Origin: an uncultured Clostridia bacterium
GTDB taxonomy: Bacteria > Bacillota > Clostridia > Oscillospirales > QAMX01
Direction: 5' to 3'
Assembly: GCA_944376195.1 (NCBI GenBank)
Contig: CALWBW010000003.1
Span: 2,707 to 66,706 of the forward strand
DNA: 64,000 bases
The notes beneath the pieces were generated by a model. The model searched no databases. It was given only the letters and a program-made list of their open reading frames with translations, and was not told the origin of the DNA. Positions 36,759 to 45,010 of the stretch are shown piece after piece. Made by a program: the position numbers and the translations under genes. Positions within the stretch are counted from its first letter, which is position 1, and the number at the start of each line of letters is the position of its first letter.

Positions 36759-36787
36759 TTTGCAAAGCGTCGTTTTTATGATATGAT
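36759..36787 (+). promoter_or_regulatory. Putative promoter of the hydS operon
   Basis: TTTGCA (36759-36764), 17 nt spacer, TATGAT (36782-36787). Confidence 0.4.
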
Positions 36788-36853
36788 AAGGACGTAGAAA
36801 CGACGGGATTTTCCGTCGGAAATCCGGTGAAAAGTTCTAGGAGGAATAGAATT

Positions 36854-37093
36854 ATGAAACTGACTGTTTGCATTGGTAGTTCTTGCCATTTGAAGGGGTC
36901 CCGCCAGGTTGTGGAGACCTTGCAGCGTCTGATTGCGGAGCACAATCTGGGCGAGAAAGTGGATTTGGGCGGTACGTTCTGTCTGGGCAAGTGCCAGATG
37001 GGCGTTTGCGCGACGCTTGACGGCCGTGAATTCTCCCTCTCTCCCGAGACGACGGAGGAGTTTTTCAATACGGAAATCCTTCCCAAGGTGTAA
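36854..37093 (+). CDS. Thioredoxin-like [2Fe-2S] ferredoxin
   Basis: 79 aa, with CIGSSCH...FCLGKCQMGVC (the 4 Cys of the NuoE/HydC-like fold). RBS TAGGAGG. Confidence 0.75.
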   Translation: MKLTVCIGSSCHLKGSRQVVETLQRLIAEHNLGEKVDLGGTFCLGKCQMGVCATLDGREFSLSPETTEEFFNTEILPKV

Positions 37094-37151
37094 TTTTGCG
37101 CTAGACCGTACCCGGGGCTTTTGAAATTATTACGAAGCGAGGCGGTTGTTG

Positions 37152-38828
37152 ATGGCTGAATTTCTGAGGCTGAAAAAATCAAATTGTAAAAACTGTTATA
37201 AATGTATCCGGAATTGCCCTGTCAAGTCGATCCGGTTCTCCGACGGACAGGCCAATATTGCAAGCGACGAGTGTATTCTCTGCGGCCAGTGTTTTGTCGT
37301 CTGCCCGCAGAACGCAAAGGAAATTGTCAGCGATGTGGACCGCGTGAAAGCCATGTTGGCCGGCCCCGCGCCGGTTGTCGCAAGCGTCGCGCCGTCTTTT
37401 ATCGCAAATTACGCGGGAGTTGGCATCGCCGGTCTTGAGGCGGCGCTGAAAAAATTGGGGTTTGCCGCGGCGGAGGAAACGGCGCGCGGCGCTACCATGG
37501 TGAAGAAGGAATATGAACGCCTGCTTGCCGAAGAGCATCGCGATATCCTGATTTCTTCCTGCTGTCACAGCATCAATCTGCTGATTCAGAAATATTTCCC
37601 GAATGAATTGAAGTATCTGGCGGATGTTCTCTCTCCGATGCAGGCGCATTGTACGGACATCAAGCGCCGTATGCCGAATGCAAAGACGGTGTTCATTGGG
37701 CCGTGTGTGGCGAAAAAGGACGAAGCTGCTTCTTATCCGGGCATTACGGACGCCGTTTTGACCTTTGAGGAACTGACCGGCTGGTTTGCGGAGTCCGGCA
37801 TCGTGCTGGAAGCAAATTGCGATGATACCGCGGAAAGCCGTGCGCGCCTGTTCCCGACAACGGGAGGAATCCTGAAAACCATGAATTGCGACCAGCCCGA
37901 CTATACCTATCTTGCCATTGACGGCGTGGAGAATTGTATTGCGGCGCTGCGCGATATCGAAAACGGCGAACTGCACAACTGTTTCATTGAAATGTCTGCG
38001 TGCGTCGGCAGCTGCGTCGGCGGCCCGGTTATGGAAAAATACCATCGCTCGCCGGTGCGCGACTATAAGTCTGTGGTGTCCTACGCGGGACCGGACGATT
38101 TCCGTGAGGAAATCCTCCCGGGCGGCGGAATGCGGAAGAATATGCCGTTCATCGGACAGCGTCATGATATGCCCAGCGAGATTGAAATTGCCGCGATCCT
38201 GAAAAAGATGGGCAAGACCCGCCCCGAGCAGGAACTCAACTGCGGAACCTGCGGATATAATACCTGCCGTGAAAAGGCGATTGCCGTGTACCAGGGCAAG
38301 GCCGACCTCTCCATGTGCCTGCCGTTTTTGAAGGAGAAGGCGGAGAGCTTCTCCGATAATATCATTAATAATACGCCGAACGCGATTATCGTGCTGAACG
38401 AGGATTTGGAGGTTCAGCAAATCAACCGTGCCGCGCTGGATATCATGCGGATTCGCAGCGCGTCGGACGTTTTGGGCGAGGGCGTCATCCGCATTCTGGA
38501 TCCCAAGGATTTCCTGACTGTCAAAAATACGGGACGCGCTATCCACGACCGCCGTACCTATCTGGCGGAGTATAAGACCTATGTCGACCAGAGCATTATC
38601 TATGACCGCGAATACCACATCCTGATCTGCATCATGCGCGACGTGACCACCGAAGAGAATGCGCGCGAGCGCAGGGAGACGCTCAGCCGTCAGACCATCG
38701 AGACGGCCGACCGCGTTGTCGACAAGCAGATGCGGATTGTACAAGAAATCGCCTCCCTGCTGGGCGAAACCGCCGCGGAGACCAAGATTGCACTGACAAA
38801 GCTGAAGGAGTCGATCGGAGATGAATGA
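37152..38828 (+). CDS. hydS: Putative sensory [FeFe]-hydrogenase (HydS-type, group C) with C-terminal PAS domain
   Basis: Two ferredoxin-type CxxCxxCxxxCP motifs. The H-domain motifs are ISSCCHS, IGPCVAKKDE and EMSACVGSCVGGP. These are followed by Cx2Cx4Cx16C (CGTCGYNTC...C), a PAS-like domain and a coiled tail. Confidence 0.85.
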   Translation: MAEFLRLKKSNCKNCYKCIRNCPVKSIRFSDGQANIASDECILCGQCFVVCPQNAKEIVSDVDRVKAMLAGPAPVVASVAPSFIANYAGVGIAGLEAALKKLGFAAAEETARGATMVKKEYERLLAEEHRDILISSCCHSINLLIQKYFPNELKYLADVLSPMQAHCTDIKRRMPNAKTVFIGPCVAKKDEAASYPGITDAVLTFEELTGWFAESGIVLEANCDDTAESRARLFPTTGGILKTMNCDQPDYTYLAIDGVENCIAALRDIENGELHNCFIEMSACVGSCVGGPVMEKYHRSPVRDYKSVVSYAGPDDFREEILPGGGMRKNMPFIGQRHDMPSEIEIAAILKKMGKTRPEQELNCGTCGYNTCREKAIAVYQGKADLSMCLPFLKEKAESFSDNIINNTPNAIIVLNEDLEVQQINRAALDIMRIRSASDVLGEGVIRILDPKDFLTVKNTGRAIHDRRTYLAEYKTYVDQSIIYDREYHILICIMRDVTTEENARERRETLSRQTIETADRVVDKQMRIVQEIASLLGETAAETKIALTKLKESIGDE

Positions 38829-39993
38829 TCTTTGTACGGATATCGGTTACCGCAGCTTGAATCACGACGGCGAACAGCTTTGCGGCGACCATATTGACAT
38901 TGTGGAGCAGGATGACGATTCCATTGTCGTCGTTCTGGCTGACGGCCTTGGCAGCGGCGTCAAGGCAAGCATCCTTTCAACGCTTACTTCCAAGATCATT
39001 TCCACCATGATGGCAGCCGGCATGAACATTGAGGACTGCGTTTCCACCATTGCGGCAACGCTCCCGGTCTGTTCCGTGCGCGGCGTCGCGTACTCCACCT
39101 TTACGATCCTGCGCTTCGTGCAGAATCGGGAGGCGGAGATCATCCAATACGACAACCCCCACGTGATTCTGCTGCGTGACGGGCAGAATTATGAGTATCC
39201 CCGGACTGTGACCAATATTGACGGGAAGGAAATCTACTCCTCCCGTATTACGCTCCGGGAAAACGATATTTTCATTGCCATGAGCGACGGCTGTATCCAT
39301 GCCGGCGTCGGGATGAAGCTGAACTTCGGCTGGGAACGGAAAGACATCATCCACTTTATGGAATCATTTGCCGGCGTCGGATTCACGGCGAAAACGCTGG
39401 ATACCATCCTGCTGGATGAATGCAACAAGCTCTATGACGGGCACCCCGGCGACGATACGACCGCCTGCGTGGTGCGGATCCGCCGCAGAGAGCCGATGAA
39501 CCTGTTGATTGGTCCGCCGTCCAATCCTGCCGACTGTTCCAAGATGATGTCGCTGTTCTTCTCAAAAGAGGGCAAACATATTGTCTGCGGCGGTACGACG
39601 TCGACCATCGCGGCGGATTTTTTACATAAACCGCTTGTGCCGACGGTGGATTACCCGGACCCGGAAGTCCCGCCGATCGCGCGGATCGAAGGCGTGGATC
39701 TTGTGACGGAGGGTGTTATCACCATCAATAAAGTGCTGAAATATGCTCAGGATTATCTGGCGGATAACGAATCCTATGAGCAGTGGAGCTATAAAAAGGA
39801 CGGCGCCTCGCAGATTGCGCGCCTGCTCTTTGAAGAGGCAACGGATATAAACTTTTATGTCGGCCGTGCTGTCAACCCCGCACATCAAAACCCAAATCTC
39901 CCGATTAATTTTAATATTAAAATGCGGCTTGTGGACGAACTTTCCACCTGCTTGAAACAGATGGGCAAGCGAATCAAGGTCAGTTACTTTTAA
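38821..39993 (+). CDS. PP2C/SpoIIE-family serine phosphatase with uncharacterised C-terminal domain
   Basis: The N-terminal ~220 aa carry GDHIDIV..., VVLADGLGSGVKAS, MSDGCIHAG and GDDTTACVVRI. The remaining ~170 aa have no motif I recognise. The start overlaps the hydS stop (ATGAATGA). Confidence 0.85.
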   Translation: MNDLCTDIGYRSLNHDGEQLCGDHIDIVEQDDDSIVVVLADGLGSGVKASILSTLTSKIISTMMAAGMNIEDCVSTIAATLPVCSVRGVAYSTFTILRFVQNREAEIIQYDNPHVILLRDGQNYEYPRTVTNIDGKEIYSSRITLRENDIFIAMSDGCIHAGVGMKLNFGWERKDIIHFMESFAGVGFTAKTLDTILLDECNKLYDGHPGDDTTACVVRIRRREPMNLLIGPPSNPADCSKMMSLFFSKEGKHIVCGGTTSTIAADFLHKPLVPTVDYPDPEVPPIARIEGVDLVTEGVITINKVLKYAQDYLADNESYEQWSYKKDGASQIARLLFEEATDINFYVGRAVNPAHQNPNLPINFNIKMRLVDELSTCLKQMGKRIKVSYF

Positions 39994-40004
39994 GGAGTGG
40001 AACG

Positions 40005-41429
40005 ATGCGGAAGTTTGATACAAAAGTACAATATTTAAAATATAAAGTCCTGCGGGAGGTCGCGCGGTTCGCCTGGAACGACACTCTGCTCGAGCATGTG
40101 CTGGACATTCCGGAAATTATTGTCCCGGGCAAGGAACCGACGATGCGCTGCTGCGTTTATAAAGAACGCGCGATCCTGGGCGAGCGTGTGAAGCTGGCCA
40201 TGGGCGGCGACAAGACGAACCCGAATGTCATCGAAGTGATTGACATTGCCTGCGACGAGTGCCCGGTCGGCGGTTATGAGGTGACGGATGCCTGCCGCGG
40301 CTGTTTGGCCCACCGCTGTGAGGACGTTTGCAAACGCGGCGCGATCACCTTTGACCGGTATCAGAAGGCGCATATCGACAAGTCCAAGTGCGTGGAGTGC
40401 GGCCAGTGCGCCAAGGTCTGTCCGTACAGCGCCATTGCCAACCATAAGCGCCCCTGTGAAAACGCCTGTAAGGTCAAGGCAATCGCGATGAATAACGATA
40501 AGGCCGCGAAAATCGATAATGACAAGTGTATTTCCTGCGGCGCGTGCGTATATCAGTGCCCCTTCGGTGCGATCAGCGATAAATCGTATATCATCAACGT
40601 GATTGATATTTTAAAGAAGAGCAAAAATAACGAGAACTACAAAGTATACGCCGTGGTTGCGCCGTCGATTTCCAGCCAGTTCACCTATGCGAAACTGGGC
40701 CAGGTGATTACCGGCATCAAACGGCTCGGATTCTTCACAGTTGTCGAAGCTGCGCTGGGCGCGGATATGGTGGCGGATGCAGAGAGTGAGGAACTCGTGG
40801 AAAAGGGGTTTTTGACCAGTTCCTGCTGCCCAGCGTTTGTGGATTATATTAAAAAGCAGTTCCCGACACTGGTGGAGCATATTTCGCACAACCTCTCCCC
40901 GATGGCGGCTATTGCCAAGTATATCAAGGAGAGTTCGCCCGGTGCGAAGGTCATCTTTATCGGCCCGTGTACGGCAAAAAAGATGGAATTCCGGGATGAA
41001 CGTGTGCGCCCGTATATTGACTGCGTGATTACGTTTGAAGAATTGCAGGCGCTCTTTGACAGCCGGGACTTTGACCTGGAGACCTTCGAGGAGGATGTGC
41101 TGGATAACGCCTCCTACTTCGGCCGTATTTTTGCCCGGAGCGGCGGCCTGGCCGACGCGGTGCGGGAGGCCTTGAAAGAACATGGGCGCGAGGACTTCGA
41201 TTACCGTCCCGTTGCCTGCGATGGAATTGAGGCGTGCCGTGCGGCGCTTTTGAAGGCCGGAAAGAATGTCCTGCCCGGCAACTTTATCGAGGGTATGGCC
41301 TGTATGGGCGGCTGTATCGGCGGCGCCGGATGCCTGACGCATGGCGAAAAGAACAAGGCGGAAGTCGATAAATATGGACGTGAGGCAATGGAAAAAACAA
41401 TTGCCGACGCGATTGGAGTTTTGCGCTGA
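40005..41429 (+). CDS. hydA: [FeFe]-hydrogenase, catalytic-type H-domain with multiple N-terminal FeS motifs
   Basis: CVECGQCAKVCP and CISCGACVYQCP. H-cluster signatures TSSCCPAF, IGPCTAKKMEF and EGMACMGGCIGGAG. RBS AAGGAG. Confidence 0.88.
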   Translation: MRKFDTKVQYLKYKVLREVARFAWNDTLLEHVLDIPEIIVPGKEPTMRCCVYKERAILGERVKLAMGGDKTNPNVIEVIDIACDECPVGGYEVTDACRGCLAHRCEDVCKRGAITFDRYQKAHIDKSKCVECGQCAKVCPYSAIANHKRPCENACKVKAIAMNNDKAAKIDNDKCISCGACVYQCPFGAISDKSYIINVIDILKKSKNNENYKVYAVVAPSISSQFTYAKLGQVITGIKRLGFFTVVEAALGADMVADAESEELVEKGFLTSSCCPAFVDYIKKQFPTLVEHISHNLSPMAAIAKYIKESSPGAKVIFIGPCTAKKMEFRDERVRPYIDCVITFEELQALFDSRDFDLETFEEDVLDNASYFGRIFARSGGLADAVREALKEHGREDFDYRPVACDGIEACRAALLKAGKNVLPGNFIEGMACMGGCIGGAGCLTHGEKNKAEVDKYGREAMEKTIADAIGVLR

Positions 41430-41461
41430 CGCGTTTCCTCAAAATAACAAGCCAATGTTTT

Positions 41462-41506
41462 CCGGACGGTGCACCTTTAAGAAAGGCGCGCCGTCCGGCT
41501 TTTTTG
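41462..41506 (+). terminator. Terminator of the hydrogenase operon
   Basis: ccggacgg...ccgtccgg extended imperfect stem followed by CTTTTTTG. Confidence 0.75.
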
Positions 41507-41736
41507 TGGCATCCAGGCCCCCCTCAGTTTGTTTTGCCGGACCCCCCGGCACTATTTTACCGGGGGAAATGCGGTGAGTCTGGATGCAATTGTTTTTTGA
41601 GAAAATATTTGCGCCTTGAAACTTTTTGACGTTTTCTACGTCCATTTAAATGAGGGGATTGTGGATAAAAACCAGATTTTTTTGCCAAAACATTCGGGGT
41701 TTCACAAAACAGTTTGTGCATTATGGCAAATTTCGG

Positions 41737-41765
41737 TAGACAAAACGGGGACATTCTGTTATACT
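41737..41765 (+). promoter_or_regulatory. Putative promoter of the large SLH-protein gene
   Basis: TAGACA (41737-41742), 17 nt spacer, TATACT (41760-41765). It leaves a leader of about 220 nt. Confidence 0.4.
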
Positions 41766-41991
41766 GGAAATGGAAGACCAACTGCGTGTTCCCGGGAATA
41801 TCCGGGAATACGACGGGGGGTTCTCCGGCGTTTTTCCGCCGTCTGTGCAAAGATTGCGTTCCCATGTGAGACGCACGGCTTCCGTAAACGGAAGGCGCCT
41901 GCGGCGGATTCCTTTCCCTCTCCCGCGCGGTTATCGAGGGCCGGCGGGTTGATATACAGTTTAAGTAATGCAGAGTAAAGGAGAGATTACG

Positions 41992-44715
41992 ATGAAAGTA
42001 AGAAAACTTGTTTCGTTTTTCCTGGCAGTATTCATGCTGGCGACTCTGTTGCCTGTGTCGGCGCTGGCTATAGGGCCGGGGGAGGAAGAAGGCGGCGTTT
42101 TGGGGCCGGTGCTGAGAGGTACCCCCATTGAAAGTACGCAGATTACGCTGGATCCGCCGCAGCCGGGCGAGGATTTGCCGAATAGCGCCACGGCGACAGA
42201 TGACGTTATGGTTTCGTCGGAAGTCCTTTGGAAAGTGGGAGATACCGAGGCAACCGGCGCGGCGAAGTATGCTACGGTTTACACGGTCGAGCTGACGCTT
42301 GCCCCCACACAGGCAGACGCTACGTTTGATACAAATTTTGCCGCCACACTTCCGTACGGATTTACAGACGTGAAAAAAGAGGTGGGAACGGATTCTAAGT
42401 CTGCGACGGTGACGGCGACGTATGAGACGTCGAAGGCGCCTACCCCGGTTGTAAATGCCGGGAACATCACTGTCCCCAATACCGGACTTTCGAGTACGTA
42501 TACTTTTATGGTGTCCGGCCTGCTTGATCCGGCGGACTATCCGGGCAGCGACCTGACCTACACGGTGACGGAGAAAGAGGATCCCGACGAGATTCTGACG
42601 CTCACTCCCCAGACCCCGACTTCGCTTAAAGAGTCTAATACGATTTCCTATGTGGTCGAGGCAAATGCGGAGAACGCGCCGCAGAAGTCTGCAACGTTTA
42701 CAATTTCCTTCAGTGCGGTCAATCCCGACGGTCATGCCTACCGCTTGCTGCCTGAACCTGTGCCGGTTACGGTTACACTGAAAGCGGGAGACCCCAATGC
42801 CGCGATTACGATCGGCAGCGTAACCCCGGCGGATGATCCTATTGAAGTCGCGCCTGGGTATGGGCCTTTTGATCTGACTGTGACGGCGTCGGCGGCGGAC
42901 TCGGCTGCGCTTCAGTACGCGTGGACGTCGGATCCGGCAATTGCCGCCGCGTCTTCGAAGAATGTGTTCTCTGTCCCGGCAGGGCTTGCACCCGGGCTCT
43001 ATGAGATTCGCTGCCAGGTGACGTCTGATACGAATCCGACGGGTGCTGCGCATACGTTCCGGATTCAGGTGGCGTCCCCCAACGTTGTCCTTGTTCCCCA
43101 GGTAAAGGACCCGGTTTATAACGGCACTGCGCAGGCGCCGGAGGTCCCTGCGTCGGAGAAGTATACCGTGACGGTTACGCCGCAGACCGATGTAAAGACA
43201 AACGGCGGCTATGAACTTACGCTTTCTCTGAAAGATAAAACGGCGGACGTCTGGCTGCTTGCCGATGGGTCGACAACTACGGACGATCAGGTGCTGCGCT
43301 GGAACATTGCGCCGAAGCCTTTGAAGGTGTATGGAGTCAAAGCCACCGATAAAGTTTACGACGCCAGTACGTCCATTCGCATTACGGCGGGCGAACTTAT
43401 CTTCCAGGAAGACGGCAATGTCGCCTATGCCGCCGTACAGGGCGATCAGATTGCCTTAAATAGCCGTTATCGTTCCGCGCATACGACCAACGCAAATGCC
43501 GGCGCGGGAAAAGCGGTGGTGGTCAGCGGCTTTACTCTGGAGGGCGCGGATGCGGCGAACTATACGCTGCTCCAGCCGGATGATGTTGTGGTGACGGTTT
43601 ATCGCGCGACGCCGGGAATTACGCTGAGCAACTATACGGCGGCGTATACCGGCTTGCCGATCCAGATGGTGCGTCCGGTAGTGACGGGCGTCCCCGGCGG
43701 CACGATGCCGTCCGGCTTCATTTCCTATACGTATTATACCGACATGGCCTGTTCGAAGCTGACTTCGCGGGCGGACGGCGCGATGTATGCCGGCAGTGCG
43801 CCGAGCGCGCCGGGTACTTATTATGTCGTGGCTCATATCTTGGCGGATGGCAACTATACTTCCGCGTATGCCTACGCGGCGGTGATGAAGATCGTCACGG
43901 ACTTCAACGTGAATTTTGATATTGCGGCGACGTCGAATCGCGGCGGCAGCATTTCCCCGTCCGGTACGGTGAAAGTTGCGTCCGGCGGCAGCAAAACCTT
44001 TACGTTCCGCCCGAAGGACGGGTATGAACTGGTCGACGTTCTGGTCGACGGCGAGAGCATCGGTGTGGTCGAGTCCTATACGTTCCGCGATGTGAAGGCG
44101 GATCATACGATCAAGGCGATCTTTACTTCCGAGGAAGAAGAGGAACCGGTTCCGCCGGTCTGGCAGAACCCGTTTGACGATGTGTCGCGCGGCGACTGGT
44201 TCTATGCTTCTGTGGAATATGCGGTATCGAATGGTCTGATGGAGGGCGTGTCCAAAACGGACTTCGGCCCGAACGCGCCGACGACCCGCGCCGAAGTGGT
44301 GTTGATCCTGTGGCGTCTTGCTGGCAAGCCGGCTCCTGAGACTACGGCGCAGTTTGATGATCTGACGAAGGATTGGTACCGCGACGCAATTGCCTGGGCG
44401 ACGGAGGAAGGCATTGCCGAAGGCGTCGGGCAGGGCCGCTTTGCCCCGGAGGAAACCATCACGCGCGAACAGCTGGTCACGATGCTGTACCGTTATGCCC
44501 GGTATCAGGCGTATGACGTCTCCGCGTCGGCAAACCTGAACCGGTTTGCGGATAGTGACGCGGTGTCCGGATTCGCGGCGAACGCGATGCGCTGGGCGGT
44601 ATCTGAGAATATCATTCTGGGTAAGGAAAGCGGGCGTCTTGACCCGCAGGGTGCCGCGACCCGTGCCGAGATTGCCGCGGTCTTTGAGCGGTTTGTGAAA
44701 ACGGTTGTGATTTGA
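41992..44715 (+). CDS. Large secreted cell-surface protein with three C-terminal SLH domains
   Basis: Signal peptide MKVRKLVSFFLAVFMLATLLPVSALA. Adhesin-like Ig/MBG-type repeats (...GADAANYTLLQP...). SLH repeats FDDVSRGDWFYASVEYAV..., FDDLTKDWYRDAIAWA..., FADSDAVSGFAANAMRWA.... Confidence 0.88.
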   Translation: MKVRKLVSFFLAVFMLATLLPVSALAIGPGEEEGGVLGPVLRGTPIESTQITLDPPQPGEDLPNSATATDDVMVSSEVLWKVGDTEATGAAKYATVYTVELTLAPTQADATFDTNFAATLPYGFTDVKKEVGTDSKSATVTATYETSKAPTPVVNAGNITVPNTGLSSTYTFMVSGLLDPADYPGSDLTYTVTEKEDPDEILTLTPQTPTSLKESNTISYVVEANAENAPQKSATFTISFSAVNPDGHAYRLLPEPVPVTVTLKAGDPNAAITIGSVTPADDPIEVAPGYGPFDLTVTASAADSAALQYAWTSDPAIAAASSKNVFSVPAGLAPGLYEIRCQVTSDTNPTGAAHTFRIQVASPNVVLVPQVKDPVYNGTAQAPEVPASEKYTVTVTPQTDVKTNGGYELTLSLKDKTADVWLLADGSTTTDDQVLRWNIAPKPLKVYGVKATDKVYDASTSIRITAGELIFQEDGNVAYAAVQGDQIALNSRYRSAHTTNANAGAGKAVVVSGFTLEGADAANYTLLQPDDVVVTVYRATPGITLSNYTAAYTGLPIQMVRPVVTGVPGGTMPSGFISYTYYTDMACSKLTSRADGAMYAGSAPSAPGTYYVVAHILADGNYTSAYAYAAVMKIVTDFNVNFDIAATSNRGGSISPSGTVKVASGGSKTFTFRPKDGYELVDVLVDGESIGVVESYTFRDVKADHTIKAIFTSEEEEEPVPPVWQNPFDDVSRGDWFYASVEYAVSNGLMEGVSKTDFGPNAPTTRAEVVLILWRLAGKPAPETTAQFDDLTKDWYRDAIAWATEEGIAEGVGQGRFAPEETITREQLVTMLYRYARYQAYDVSASANLNRFADSDAVSGFAANAMRWAVSENIILGKESGRLDPQGAATRAEIAAVFERFVKTVVI

Positions 44716-44718
44716 GAA

Positions 44719-44754
44719 AGGAGGGCGTCCGGTTTTCCGGACGCCCTCCTTTTG
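44719..44754 (+). terminator. Terminator 1 after the SLH gene
   Basis: aggagggcgtccgg-tttt-ccggacgccctcct followed by TTTG. Confidence 0.8.
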
Positions 44755-44767
44755 TGACTACGTGCAG

Positions 44768-44802
44768 CGGGCGGAAGGGAACCCCTTTCGCCCGTTTTTT
44801 TT
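44768..44802 (+). terminator. Terminator 2 (tandem)
   Basis: gcgggcggaaggg-aac-ccctttcgcccg followed by TTTTTTTT. Confidence 0.7.
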
Positions 44803-45010
44803 GCGCTGAGGAAAATGACCTGCCGTCCGCGATTCCAGTTTGGATGTGTATTGCGGTAAATTGCTGTAAGTTTTGAGCAAATTGCACGAATTCCATTGCC
44901 GGAAGACCAGAAAAATGCTATACTATTGAATAAGAAGGAAGATACTTGCCCGATTTTTACCGCTTTGTGTCCGGGCGCGGTGTTTTCCGTGAAAAGGAGG
45001 AAAAGGCGTT

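Noticed and set aside
41880-41930. c-di-GMP-I (GEMM-I)-like elements GCAAAG...GACGCAcGGC...CCG-taaa-CGG in the SLH-gene leader.
   Set aside because: There are only short similarities. The GACGCA segment is better explained as the 3' arm of a simple TGCGT/ACGCA hairpin. The GNRA tetraloop/receptor architecture and the conserved GCAAAnC...GACGCAAAGCC spacing are not reproduced.
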